From an uncultured Gammaproteobacteria bacterium (GTDB lineage Bacteria; Patescibacteriota; Patescibacteriia; UBA11705; JABHMO01), in NCBI GenBank assembly GCA_964486065.1, contig CAZAKN010000003.1, positions 18,559 through 82,558 on the forward strand: DNA of 64,000 nucleotides. The letters are read 5' to 3'. The translations under genes and the position numbers were made by a program. Under the pieces are notes generated by a model. That model did no database searches. It had not been told where the DNA came from and was given only the letters and a program-made list of their open reading frames with translations. This document shows positions 45,612-55,552 of this stretch, piece after piece. Numbering within the stretch: the stretch's first letter is position 1; the number at the start of each line of letters is the position of its first letter.

Positions 45612-46715
45612 ATGAAAACAGCATTAATTCATGATCATCTGGCACAGGACGGAGGGGCGGAAAGAGTGGCGGTAGCTTTGCAGGATATTTATCCGGAAAG
45701 CCCGACATTTACTTTGGTTTACGATAAAAAGAATTCGATAGAAGTTAAACAAGATAAAATAAGAACTTCATTTTTACAGAAAATTCCATGGGGAGTGAAA
45801 AAATACCAATGGTTTATTACTCTCATGCCCACGGCGACTGAAAGTTTTAACCTTAAAGAATATGATTTGATTTTATCCAGTTCGGCTATTTTCGCCAAAG
45901 GCGTGATTACCAAGCCCGAAGCGGTACATATTTGTTATTGTCATACGCCACCACGGTTTCTGTGGACGGACAGTCATGATTATATCAAAGAATTAAATCA
46001 AAACCTTTTAATAAAAAATTTTTTACCGTTTATTTTAACCAGCCTTAGACAATGGGATAAAATCGCGGCGGAAAGAGTTGATTATTTCATCGCCAATTCA
46101 AGAGAAGTGCAAAAAAGGATTCGCAAGTATTACAAACGGGAAAGTGAAATAATTTATCCTCCCGTGCAAATTAGCAAATATCAAATTGCGTCGCGACAAT
46201 ATGATTATTTTTTGGCGGGTGGAAGATTGGTGGGGTATAAAAGATTTGATTTGGTGGTGGAAGCTTTTAACAGACTTAATTTACCTTTGATAATTTTCGG
46301 TGACGGACCTCTGAGAAAAAAGCTCCGCGCAGCGGCTAAATCCAACATTAAATTCGTCGGTAGAGTCAGTGAAGAGAAAAAGGTTGAACTGTATAGTCAT
46401 TGCCAAGCTTTTATCAATCCGCAGTTGGAGGATTTCGGTATTACCGCGGTGGAAGCCATGGCCTCGGGACGACCGGTTTTGGCTTATGGGGCGGGCGGAG
46501 CCTTGGAGACGATCGCGCCCGGAAAAACGGGAAATTTTTTTGAAGAACAAATATGGGAAGATATCGCTGATCAAGTTTTGCGTTTCAAATCTAAAGATTA
46601 TAATCCCGAGGAAATACGCAAGCACGCGAAAAATTTTGATGTGAAAATTTTTAACCAAAAAATTCAAGATTTCGTGGAGGAAAAAATGAATAAAAAACAA
46701 AAAATAATGTTTTAA
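45612..46715 (+). CDS. GT4-family glycosyltransferase
   Basis: EDFGITAVEAMASGRPV. Confidence 0.8.
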   Translation: MKTALIHDHLAQDGGAERVAVALQDIYPESPTFTLVYDKKNSIEVKQDKIRTSFLQKIPWGVKKYQWFITLMPTATESFNLKEYDLILSSSAIFAKGVITKPEAVHICYCHTPPRFLWTDSHDYIKELNQNLLIKNFLPFILTSLRQWDKIAAERVDYFIANSREVQKRIRKYYKRESEIIYPPVQISKYQIASRQYDYFLAGGRLVGYKRFDLVVEAFNRLNLPLIIFGDGPLRKKLRAAAKSNIKFVGRVSEEKKVELYSHCQAFINPQLEDFGITAVEAMASGRPVLAYGAGGALETIAPGKTGNFFEEQIWEDIADQVLRFKSKDYNPEEIRKHAKNFDVKIFNQKIQDFVEEKMNKKQKIMF

Positions 46716-46717
46716 AA

Positions 46718-47836
46718 ATGGATATAGGCATAGATGTTCGCTGTTTGATGGCGGAACAGTTAAGCGGAGTCGGCGAATACACAAAAAATTTATTGCAAGC
46801 TATTTCCCAAGTTGATCAAGATAACCGATATTATTTGTTTTTCAATTCGGCAAAATGGAGAATTGAAGATATGCCAACATTTGATTCCAAGAATGTTGAA
46901 TATGTGAGAACCGATTGGCCAAATAGAATTTTCAATCTCGCCATATCGGTCAAATTGATAAAACCGGATAAAATAATTGAAAAGCAAACCGGTTGTAAGC
47001 TTGATTTAATGTTTTTGCCGAATTTAAATTTCATGTCTTGCGATTGTCCTTATGTCGCTACTTGTCATGATTTAAGTTATGAGATATTTCCGGAGTTTTT
47101 TACTTTTAAAAGTCGCTGGTGGCATAAAGCGCTCAAGCCGCGTGGGCTTTTTCACGGCGCCACCAAGGTTGTTTCCGTTTCCGTGAATACGGCGCATGAT
47201 TTACAAAACATTTACGGTTTGCCGGCGGAGCAAATTGAAGTAATTCATTCCGCGGCTCCACGACAAGAATATAATTTTTCCGCGGAGGAAGTTAAAGAAA
47301 AATATTCATTGCCAGAAAAATATATATTATTCATCGGTTCTTTGGAACCGCGAAAAAATTTAAAAGGACTTTTGGCCGCTTATGCTATTTTTCAAAAAAA
47401 ATATCCTGACATTAAACTGGTCGTGGCTGGTGCGACAGGCTGGAAAAACGCCGATGTTTTAAAAGCAATGAGTGATAAAAAAAATATTCAATATTTAAAA
47501 TTCGTTGAAGCGTCTGAAAAAAAAGCTTTGTATCAAAACGCTTTGATGTTGGTTTATCCCGGTTTTTACGAAGGATTCGGATTTCCTCCTCTGGAAGCCA
47601 TGGAAGCGGGTTGCCCGGTGATAACCGCGCCGAATTCTTCTCTGGGTGAAGTTTGCGGTGAAGGGGCGCTTTACGCCAATCCATACAAAGTCAATGAATT
47701 GATTGAAGCGATGGAAATAGTTCTGGCGGAAAATACGCGTGAAAAAATGATTGATCAAGGCTTGAAAAGGAGCGCTGAATTCACATGGAATAAAACCGCG
47801 GAACAATACATTAATCTCTGGCAAAGCATTATTTAA
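46718..47836 (+). CDS. GT4-family glycosyltransferase
   Basis: EGFGFPPLEAMEAGCPVI. Confidence 0.8.
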   Translation: MDIGIDVRCLMAEQLSGVGEYTKNLLQAISQVDQDNRYYLFFNSAKWRIEDMPTFDSKNVEYVRTDWPNRIFNLAISVKLIKPDKIIEKQTGCKLDLMFLPNLNFMSCDCPYVATCHDLSYEIFPEFFTFKSRWWHKALKPRGLFHGATKVVSVSVNTAHDLQNIYGLPAEQIEVIHSAAPRQEYNFSAEEVKEKYSLPEKYILFIGSLEPRKNLKGLLAAYAIFQKKYPDIKLVVAGATGWKNADVLKAMSDKKNIQYLKFVEASEKKALYQNALMLVYPGFYEGFGFPPLEAMEAGCPVITAPNSSLGEVCGEGALYANPYKVNELIEAMEIVLAENTREKMIDQGLKRSAEFTWNKTAEQYINLWQSII

Positions 47837-47900
47837 TAAAAAAACTGCCCCATTAAGTCATGTTGTAGAATACATAGGTGAGGCGGTTTTTGTTTTATAA

Positions 47901-49325
47901 TTACACTTTTGATTTTCGTCGTAGAACTATCCATGGAGTTTTCAGCATTATCCAAAAGTCCAATTTTAGCGACCAATTTTCAATATAATAAGTATCCAGT
48001 TTTACTTCTTCGTTAAAATCCAAATCGCTACGGCCGGAAATTTGTGCCAAGCCGGTAACTCCCGGTTTGATGTCAAGAACTCTTCTTTGCGCTTTGGTGT
48101 ATTGAGTGACTTCGCGAGGTTGATGAGGGCGAGGTCCGACCAAGCTCATGTTGCCGATCCAAACATTAAAAAATTGTGGCAATTCATCAAGTGAAGTTCT
48201 TTCCAGAAATTTACCGATTTTGGTGCGACGAGGATCGTTCAGTATTTTATAAACCGGTCCTTGTCGTTCAGATTGTTTTTCAATCAAATCTTTTTCAAAT
48301 TCCAAAACCGCTTTTTGGTCGGTGTATTTTTCAAACTGTTTACCGGTGCAATATTTGGTGTACATGGAACGGAATTTATAAGTATTAAAAGTACCTTTAC
48401 GCGTAACTCGTTCATTTTTATAAATGGCCGGACCGGAATCTTCAATTTTAATCAACAAAGCAAGCAATAACATAAGCGGTGAAAAAACAATTATCAAAAT
48501 CGTGCTGAAGACGAAGTCAATGATTCTTTTGATTATTTTACCCCAACCGTCCAACTTGGTTTTTCTGATTTCAATAATCGGCAAGCCGGCATACATGTGA
48601 AATTCCACATTGGTGGTACGAGCTTCAAATTGACCGGCGGTATATTTGAAAACAATGTTATAAGCATTGCAAAAATCCAGAAGTTTTACCGATTGACTGC
48701 GAGAAAGTCCGGCATCGGCTTGGATTATTTCATCCAAAGAATATATTTCATTTATTTTTTCCAATTCATCCTGATTGAAGTCTTTCATTTTTTTAATAAC
48801 TTTGTAACCGAATTCAGGATATTTTTTAAAATACGCGGTTAGCTCATCAGTGTATTTATCGTTGCCGACGATTACGACATTGTGCGCGCCCCAGCCTTTT
48901 TTTAAACTGTAATTTTGAACTTTGCGCATGATTATTCTGACGATTGAAACGAAAATCATGGCCAAAATCCAAGCGGTTAAAACAATAAAACGAGAAGCAA
49001 ATATTTCTCTGACAAAAAACATGTAAATCAGCACCGCGGTCATGCCCGTGGAGCAAGCTAAAATTATTTTCGCGAGTTCGTCCGTGATTTTTCTTTTTTT
49101 AAAATTGTACAATCCCGACCAAATAAAAAAAATCAGCCAAATAGTGGCGATGATTAAAGTTGAAAATAAATACGCTTTGAAAGATAATTCAAAAATTACC
49201 GGTCTGATTTCTTGAACATCGCTTTGATAACGCAAAACATAAGCTAAAAGTCCGGCTGAAATCAAAGCCAAATAATCAAAAGGAATTTTTAAAAAAGTAA
49301 AAAATAATTCGGTTTTCTTTTTCAT
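47901..49325 (-). CDS. polyprenyl-phosphate sugar phosphotransferase (WbaP/bacterial sugar transferase family)
   Basis: C-terminal motifs RTSLDELPQ and MSLVGPRP; N-terminal TM helices. Start trimmed to MKKKTELFF because the track's upstream extension overlaps rnpB. Confidence 0.8.
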   Translation of the reverse strand: MKKKTELFFTFLKIPFDYLALISAGLLAYVLRYQSDVQEIRPVIFELSFKAYLFSTLIIATIWLIFFIWSGLYNFKKRKITDELAKIILACSTGMTAVLIYMFFVREIFASRFIVLTAWILAMIFVSIVRIIMRKVQNYSLKKGWGAHNVVIVGNDKYTDELTAYFKKYPEFGYKVIKKMKDFNQDELEKINEIYSLDEIIQADAGLSRSQSVKLLDFCNAYNIVFKYTAGQFEARTTNVEFHMYAGLPIIEIRKTKLDGWGKIIKRIIDFVFSTILIIVFSPLMLLLALLIKIEDSGPAIYKNERVTRKGTFNTYKFRSMYTKYCTGKQFEKYTDQKAVLEFEKDLIEKQSERQGPVYKILNDPRRTKIGKFLERTSLDELPQFFNVWIGNMSLVGPRPHQPREVTQYTKAQRRVLDIKPGVTGLAQISGRSDLDFNEEVKLDTYYIENWSLKLDFWIMLKTPWIVLRRKSKV

Positions 49326-49383
49326 ATAATTATTATAGCACAATAAGCGTTTCAGCCGTATGTATAAAGATTTATTTCCAAAG

Positions 49384-49688
49384 CCCCGAACAAGCGAGTA
49401 AGCCGGATTCTGTTTTAACCGTAATCTATCTGGGACGACCGTCGCCGATCGCCTTAAGCGGGCTACCAAATTTGCCCTTGCACTCGAGTAAGGATTTAGC
49501 CGTTTCACCCGCCATGTTGCCATGGCGACTATTCCCGAAGGAATCCGAATCAATCACTTGATCCAGCGTCTCTGCTCGCACCTCTATCTCACGATTGACA
49601 GGAATTACCTGCTACCCGTGTTAATTGAATAACCGAGTGTCCGGACTTTCCTCCCTTGAAGAGGGTAACGGAACTGCTTGTTCGGAAC
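49384..49688 (-). ncRNA. rnpB: RNase P RNA (bacterial, compact ~305 nt)
   Basis: Minus strand reads P1 ccgaacaagc...gcttgttcgg, P4 GGGAGGAAAGUCCGGACAC, AGCAGGUAA, GGGUGAAACGGC and 3' ACAGAAUCCGGCUUA. GC-rich island inside AT-rich DNA. Confidence 0.8.
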
Positions 49689-49694
49689 TGATTT

Positions 49695-49723
49695 ATAATA
49701 ACAAAAAAACGCAAATTTGTCAA
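49695..49723 (-). promoter_or_regulatory. consensus promoter TTGACA-17-TATTAT (minus strand) placing the TSS at the predicted rnpB 5' end
   Basis: Reverse complement reads ttgaca-aatttgcgtttttttgt-tattat. Confidence 0.6.
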
Positions 49724-49755
49724 TGTTTTTTGTAAATTTAGATAAAATTGACTAA

Positions 49756-49784
49756 TTGTAAAAAGTTGAGTTTTAGTATATAAT
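49756..49784 (+). promoter_or_regulatory. promoter TTGTAA-17-TATAAT for the receiver-domain gene
   Basis: Read from the sequence. Confidence 0.45.
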
Positions 49785-49823
49785 TGGGAAGTTATTTGCA
49801 CATTCAATAAAGACAAAACGGAG

Positions 49824-50222
49824 ATGAACATGATAATAATGAAAAATGATAGTTATGTCAGAGTTTTGGTGGTGGAAGATGAAGAGAGAAATGTTTTTTT
49901 GGTGCGCAAAGTGTTGGAAGAATTGCCGTGCCAAACGGTTTTTGTACGAAGCGCGGAAGAAGCCTTATCCGTTAATGATTTACCGGAATATGATCTGATC
50001 TTGTTGGATATGGTTTTACCGGGGATGAGTGGCTGGAAGTTCACGGAAGTAGTGAGACAAAAAGGTTTGACCGTTTACATTGTGGCGCTTTCAGCGGCGG
50101 CAATGAAAGAAGAAGTGGAACGGGCTTTTCAAGCGGGAGTAAACGAATATATAACCAAACCATATTATTTGGATGCTATCCGCAATGTGATTGCCGAAAT
50201 CATTGAAAACAAAAACGGCTGA
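49824..50222 (+). CDS. stand-alone response-regulator receiver (CheY-like) domain protein
   Basis: VLVVEDEE..., phospho-acceptor D in LLDMVLPGMSG, conserved K in YITKP. Confidence 0.75.
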   Translation: MNMIIMKNDSYVRVLVVEDEERNVFLVRKVLEELPCQTVFVRSAEEALSVNDLPEYDLILLDMVLPGMSGWKFTEVVRQKGLTVYIVALSAAAMKEEVERAFQAGVNEYITKPYYLDAIRNVIAEIIENKNG

Positions 50223-50246
50223 GCAAAGCTCAGCCGTTTTTTTATA
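50217..50246. terminator. bidirectional terminator (ggctgagc-aaa-gctcagcc-gttttttt)
   Basis: Perfect hairpin plus T-run. Confidence 0.75.
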
Positions 50247-50247
50247 T

Positions 50248-51219
50248 TTATAAACCGATTTGTTTTTTAATTTTTTCCATTTTTAATTTGGCGATTTTTC
50301 CGGCTTTGATTTTACCATTTTGCAAGATTTTATCCAATTCATTGTCTTGGATTGCCAAATACTTTTCCCTGATTGGCGTTAAATAATCAATTATTTTTTC
50401 AACTAAATCTTTTTTAAAATCACCATAGCCTTTACCGTCATATTGTTTTTTAATTTGTTTGATTGTTTGATCGCTGACCAAGTGATAAATGGAAATTAAA
50501 TTACTGATCCCCGGTCGTTTTGGATCATATTGCACTGAAGCTTCCGAGTCGGTTGCCGCTTTCATGATTTTTTTCTTGATTTGTTCGGGAGAATCCGTTA
50601 AAGCTATATAATTGTATTCAGAAGCCGCGGATTTACTCATTTTTTTCTCCGGATTATCCAAGCCTTTCAAACGCGCGGCGTTTTTATTGATTTCCGCTTG
50701 AGGAATTTTTAAAATATCTCCATATTGGTGATTGAATTTTTTTGCTATGGTTCTGGTTAGTTCCACATGTTGCAATTGGTCTTCTCCTACGGGAACCATG
50801 TCAGTATCATAAAGCAATATATCAGCGGCCATTAAACAGGGATAGGTTAAAAGTCCGGCATTGATGTTTTTTTTATGTTGTTCCGCTTTGTCTTTAAATT
50901 GAGTCATTCTTTCCAGCTCGGAAATCGGAGTAAGGCAATTAAAAATCCAGGCCAATTCAGCGTGTTCCGGCACATCGGATTGTCGATAAATGATATTTTT
51001 TCGCGGATCCAAGCCACAAGCCAAAAAAATTTTTGCCAAATTGCGTATGTTTTCTTTTAATTCGGTGGAAGTGGGAGTTACGGTCAAAGCATGCAAATCC
51101 ACAATACTGAAAATGCCTTCATGTTGCTTTTGTAAATCAACCCAGTTTTTTATGGCACCGAAATAATTGCCCAAATGTATAATGCCGGTCGGTTGAGCGG
51201 CACTGTATAATCTTGGCAT
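50248..51219 (-). CDS. trpS: tryptophan--tRNA ligase
   Basis: HLGNYFGA (HIGH-type) and KMSKS motifs. Confidence 0.9.
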   Translation of the reverse strand: MPRLYSAAQPTGIIHLGNYFGAIKNWVDLQKQHEGIFSIVDLHALTVTPTSTELKENIRNLAKIFLACGLDPRKNIIYRQSDVPEHAELAWIFNCLTPISELERMTQFKDKAEQHKKNINAGLLTYPCLMAADILLYDTDMVPVGEDQLQHVELTRTIAKKFNHQYGDILKIPQAEINKNAARLKGLDNPEKKMSKSAASEYNYIALTDSPEQIKKKIMKAATDSEASVQYDPKRPGISNLISIYHLVSDQTIKQIKKQYDGKGYGDFKKDLVEKIIDYLTPIREKYLAIQDNELDKILQNGKIKAGKIAKLKMEKIKKQIGL

Positions 51220-51295
51220 AATAATGAAATTATTTGAAAGTTATTAAAATTTTATCTTAAATCAAGGAAAAAAGCAAAGATTAAATAAAAATAAA

Positions 51296-51330
51296 AGTCC
51301 CCGCCGTTGGCGGGGACTTTTATTTTGAAA
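51296..51330. terminator. terminator (aaagtccccgcc-gttg-gcggggacttt plus T-run) downstream of rnj
   Basis: 12-bp perfect stem. Confidence 0.75.
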
Positions 51331-51333
51331 TAT

Positions 51334-53106
51334 TTAAACCTCAATTACCACGGGTAAAACCATGGGGCGACGCTGGGTCTTTTTGTAAAGAAAAGTACCC
51401 ATGGCTTCACGAAGTTTGTTCTTAATATCCATGGTGTCCACATTGGCGTTGGTGTTTTTTTTCATGCAGATTTTTTTAACTAGATTTCTGGCCTCTTGAA
51501 TCAGCTCTCGGTTTTCTTTCATGTAAATAAAACCGCGAGAAATAATATCCGGACTGCCGACCAATTCGCCGGTTTTTCTTTTGATATTGGCGATAATCAC
51601 GAACATGCCGTCTTCAGCCATCATGCGACGATCTCGAAGCACGATATTACTGACATCTCCCACGCCCAATCCATCAACAAAAACATATTCGGTCGGTATT
51701 TTTTCTGGTGTTAATCTGCCGACCACTTCTCGTCCTCGTTTACTGAATTCAAATACTTGTCCATTGGCGCCGATTAAAATATTTTTCGGATCAATTCCCG
51801 ATTCGGCGGCTATTTCGCCGTGAATTTTCAACATATAGTGATTGGCTTCAATGGGAATGAAGTATTTCGGTTTGAATAAATTGATAATCAATTTTAGATC
51901 TTCTTGCTTGGCGTGTCCGCCGGCATGTACATCCAGAGATTGATAATGAAAAACCTTGGCGCCTTGTTTGTAAAAAGTATCTTTCAAGGATTGAATGGTT
52001 CTTTCATTTCCCGGAATGACGGATGAAGAAAATAAAATGGAATCGCCTTGTTTTATTTCCAGAAAACGATGCTCTTTGTTCGCGACACGCATAAGAATGG
52101 CGTTTTTTTCGCCTTGCGCGCCGGTGCCGAGAACCACCAATTTATTGTCCGGTGTTTTTTTAAATTGTGCTTCTTCTATAATAGTATTGGAATTGAATTT
52201 CAAATAGCCCAATTCGCGACAAAGTTGAACATTATTATTCATGCTACGACCTTCCAAGAGGACTTTTCTGCCGTATTTTTCAGCCAGAGTGAAAACTTGT
52301 TGGATACGATTGATCAGCGAGGCGAAGGTGCCGATAATAATTCGTCCTTCGGATTTTTGAAAAACATCTTCCAAGCTATTGGTGATTTCACTTTCTGAAA
52401 TCTGACGACCGCGATGTTCAGCATCGGTACTGTCACTCATCAGAGCCAAAACTTCGCGTCCGCCGATTTGCGCTATTTTATTTAAATCAATCGGTTTATC
52501 GTTGATCGGAGAAAAATCAAGTTTAAAATCTCCAGTATGAACGATGGTGCCGAGCGGTGTATTCAAGGTCACGCCGAAACTATCGGGGATATTGTGATTA
52601 ACTCGGAAAAAATCAACATCAAAAGTTCCCAGTTTTACCTTGTCCTTATCAGGATCAATAATTTGGATTTTCAATGGCGAAAGTTTTTTGTATTCTTCAT
52701 GGCGTTTTTTGATAAGTCCAGCGGTTAGCTTGGCCGTGTAAATGGTGGGATAGCCCAGTTTCGGCATAAGATGAGAAACCGCGCCGATGTGATCGTAATG
52801 ACCATGAGTGATTATTACTCCGCGAATATTTCGCACTTTTTTTTCAAGATAAGTAACATCGGGGATGATATAATCAATTCCCGGCATATCTTCTTCGGGG
52901 AATTGTAAGCCCATATCAATGATGACTATATCATTGCCATATTCCAAAACTGTCATATTGCGACCGACTTCTTCCAGTCCGCCCAGTACCATAATACGCA
53001 GTTTGTTTTGATTTGATTTTGAAGAATTAAAACGACGGCCGTTGCGCGCTTGGCGATTGCCAGTTTTTGGATTTGATTTGGTAGTTGGTTTGTATTTTCT
53101 AATCAT
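51334..53106 (-). CDS. rnj: ribonuclease J (MBL / beta-CASP) with a basic N-terminal extension
   Basis: VIITHGHYDHIGAV, beta-CASP and C-terminal domain; full length. Confidence 0.85.
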   Translation of the reverse strand: MIRKYKPTTKSNPKTGNRQARNGRRFNSSKSNQNKLRIMVLGGLEEVGRNMTVLEYGNDIVIIDMGLQFPEEDMPGIDYIIPDVTYLEKKVRNIRGVIITHGHYDHIGAVSHLMPKLGYPTIYTAKLTAGLIKKRHEEYKKLSPLKIQIIDPDKDKVKLGTFDVDFFRVNHNIPDSFGVTLNTPLGTIVHTGDFKLDFSPINDKPIDLNKIAQIGGREVLALMSDSTDAEHRGRQISESEITNSLEDVFQKSEGRIIIGTFASLINRIQQVFTLAEKYGRKVLLEGRSMNNNVQLCRELGYLKFNSNTIIEEAQFKKTPDNKLVVLGTGAQGEKNAILMRVANKEHRFLEIKQGDSILFSSSVIPGNERTIQSLKDTFYKQGAKVFHYQSLDVHAGGHAKQEDLKLIINLFKPKYFIPIEANHYMLKIHGEIAAESGIDPKNILIGANGQVFEFSKRGREVVGRLTPEKIPTEYVFVDGLGVGDVSNIVLRDRRMMAEDGMFVIIANIKRKTGELVGSPDIISRGFIYMKENRELIQEARNLVKKICMKKNTNANVDTMDIKNKLREAMGTFLYKKTQRRPMVLPVVIEV

Positions 53107-53210
53107 AGTATTTTGTTTAGATTAATATTTAAAGTAATAAACGAGAAGGAAAATATAAAATTGGAAGTGTTGGTATTACTTCGTGCTTCGTGGTCCGAGC
53201 ATAAATATAG

Positions 53211-55142
53211 CTATTCCCAGTTGCGAGAAGTTTTAATATACCAATTGTTAATGTTACTTAAACGATTGGCGGGAGTGATGATCTGAGTGGTTTCAAAGCC
53301 TTTGATTTTTTTGCTTTGAGGGTATGTATAAGTTGGATTGAATAAAAATATGGCGGGTACCTCTTGAGCCAAGAGTTCCTGAAAGAGACTGTATTTTTCT
53401 GCTCTGGCTTCCGGATCGCTTAGCCTTCTGGCATCCTCCAAAAGTTCATCTATTTCCGTATTTTTTACGGAAGTCAGATTAAGCCCCGGATAATCCCTTT
53501 GTTCCGAATGCCAAAAAGGGAAAGGATCTGGATCATGTCCCAATATTTGACTGTATAATAATATTTCGTAATCGCGATTTTTTATTACTTGCTGTATTTC
53601 TTCAGCGGAAACGATGTGTAAGTTCAGCTTGGCGCCGATCTGTTGCCATTCTTTTTGAACTTCTTTGGCGATTTGAACATTTTCCGGTTGGTCAACGGTG
53701 GTCAAGCTGAATTCCAAATACACCTCTTTTTTCTTTCTGACTTGGAAAGGATATTGTTCAGCCTGTTCCGTAACGGAATTGTTTTGTTCCAAGTTTTCAT
53801 CTTCTTCCGTTGACTCTTCCGAATCGTTTTCTTCCTCGGTTTCAATTACATAATCAGTCAATTTCCAGCCAGCGTTTTCCAGATCGCTTTTGGCCAAGTC
53901 GGGATTGAAAGGGAAATCGGTAATGTCCGGATTATATCCCAGCGAGCCCGGCAAAATACAAGAATTGGTGGTTTGAGCTTCGGAACGTAAAATTTCGCTG
54001 ACGATTTTTTCTTTATTGGTGGCGTTGCTGAGAGTTTCTCGCATATCCACATCTTGTAATAGGCGATTGTTGTCACCGTTAAAAAATAGCGCGGTGTATT
54101 GAGGTAAGTGTAATAAATGGAAGTTTAAATTACGATTATTGATTACGCGAGGTTGCAATTCTTTCGGCAGATAGCTGAGACCTTCAATGTTTTTATTGTT
54201 TAAAGCCGCTACCGCGGAGTCAAAATTTTCAAAAAATTTGAAAATGATTTCTTTAACATAAGGAACTTGATTATAAAAACCTTGATTGCTTTTCAGATTT
54301 AATTTTTTAATTTCCCCATTTTTGCTTTTGGTTAAAGAAACGAATTGATAAGGCCCGGAACCGATGGGTTTTAAATTATATTCCGTGATCATCATGTTTT
54401 CCGGTTCAATGTTGCTCCAAATGTGTTCCGGTAAAATTCCCACGGTCAAACTTTCCAAAAATGGAGCAAAAGGTTCTTCCAGAATGAATTCCACCGTATA
54501 TTCATCAAGTTTGGTTACTTGAATATCTTTAAAAGTAAAATAAAGCGGGGTTTTGGTTTTGGGATTTTTGATTCTGGAAAAAGTGAATTCAACATCATCA
54601 GCATCCAGTTTTTCCCCATCATGCCAATAAACATTTTGTTTTATGTGAAAAGTATATATTCTTTGGTCTTCGCTAAGTGTCCACGAGTCAGCCAAATCAT
54701 TTTGCAGGGATTGTTCCGCGTATTTTATCAAGCCTGAAAAAATCAAAGAACTGATATCAAGATCCACATCGTTGGCGCCGGCGAAAAGAGGATTTACATA
54801 TTTCGGAGAGCCAACCAGTCCTTCGGTGTAAGAGCCGCCGTCTTTCGGGCCCAGTTCCGAATGCGTCCAATAAATATTGATGCAAAGAGAAACCAAAGCG
54901 ATTAAAACAATACTGCCCAATATACGCATCAACATTTTTTCGCCATCCGACAAAAATTGTTTTAAGTGGGTCAATTGTTTGAAATTCGGAATTTTTTTCT
55001 TAGCCGTTAATTTATGCACAAGCTTTTGATCGTAAGTTTGGTATTGAAGTAATTTTGTAGCTTGCTTTTTTTTGAGACGATTGATTTTTTCGGCTTTGAA
55101 TTTAAACCAAAAATCTTTTAGTGAAGACACAAAAATTGTCAA
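53211..55142 (-). CDS. membrane-anchored solute-binding protein family 5 (OppA/DppA-like) without adjacent permease genes
   Basis: SBP-5 sequence (YTFHIKQNVYWHDGEKLDADDVEFTF) with an N-terminal TM anchor. Confidence 0.7.
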   Translation of the reverse strand: MTIFVSSLKDFWFKFKAEKINRLKKKQATKLLQYQTYDQKLVHKLTAKKKIPNFKQLTHLKQFLSDGEKMLMRILGSIVLIALVSLCINIYWTHSELGPKDGGSYTEGLVGSPKYVNPLFAGANDVDLDISSLIFSGLIKYAEQSLQNDLADSWTLSEDQRIYTFHIKQNVYWHDGEKLDADDVEFTFSRIKNPKTKTPLYFTFKDIQVTKLDEYTVEFILEEPFAPFLESLTVGILPEHIWSNIEPENMMITEYNLKPIGSGPYQFVSLTKSKNGEIKKLNLKSNQGFYNQVPYVKEIIFKFFENFDSAVAALNNKNIEGLSYLPKELQPRVINNRNLNFHLLHLPQYTALFFNGDNNRLLQDVDMRETLSNATNKEKIVSEILRSEAQTTNSCILPGSLGYNPDITDFPFNPDLAKSDLENAGWKLTDYVIETEEENDSEESTEEDENLEQNNSVTEQAEQYPFQVRKKKEVYLEFSLTTVDQPENVQIAKEVQKEWQQIGAKLNLHIVSAEEIQQVIKNRDYEILLYSQILGHDPDPFPFWHSEQRDYPGLNLTSVKNTEIDELLEDARRLSDPEARAEKYSLFQELLAQEVPAIFLFNPTYTYPQSKKIKGFETTQIITPANRLSNINNWYIKTSRNWE

Positions 55143-55146
55143 TTAA

Positions 55147-55368
55147 TTAAATGAAGATGTTGGCCAAGGAAAGGCCTAAAAAGAATATAGAGAAGATAAT
55201 TGTTAAAACAAAGATGTTTTTTTCCATGCCTCTTTTGGTGCGATAATCTCCCATTACTTCACTGCCTCCGAAAACTCCGGATAAGCCACCGCCACGATTT
55301 TGCAATAAAACCAAAACGATTAAAATTACGGCTGAAACAACTTGAGCAATACTGATAAATGTAGACAT
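55147..55368 (-). CDS. secG: preprotein translocase subunit SecG
   Basis: Two TM helices; LLQNRGGGLSGVFGG. Confidence 0.8.
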   Translation of the reverse strand: MSTFISIAQVVSAVILIVLVLLQNRGGGLSGVFGGSEVMGDYRTKRGMEKNIFVLTIIFSIFFLGLSLANIFI

Positions 55369-55506
55369 ATTTATTGAAAGATATTTAATTTTAGCGAATT
55401 TCCAATAACCACATTATAGCAATGATTATTGTCCGTGTCAATCCCAAAGCTGAAAAAACAAGCTCCAGCAGGGCTGTTTCTATGGTTTTCCACAATTGGT
55501 TAAAGT

Positions 55507-55535
55507 TTGGGAAAATAAGCAAAATTTGGTATAAT
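55507..55535 (+). promoter_or_regulatory. promoter TTGGGA-17-TATAAT for the DsbA-like gene
   Basis: Read from the sequence. Confidence 0.45.
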
Positions 55536-55552
55536 AAAAAAACAATAAATTT

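Noticed and set aside
47901-49553. 550-aa minus-strand ORF as given by the track (N-terminal 76 residues).
   Set aside because: The N-terminal extension overlaps the RNase P RNA gene and its promoter, and the encoded residues are low-complexity Arg/Ala-rich. The true start is the internal MKKK at 49325.
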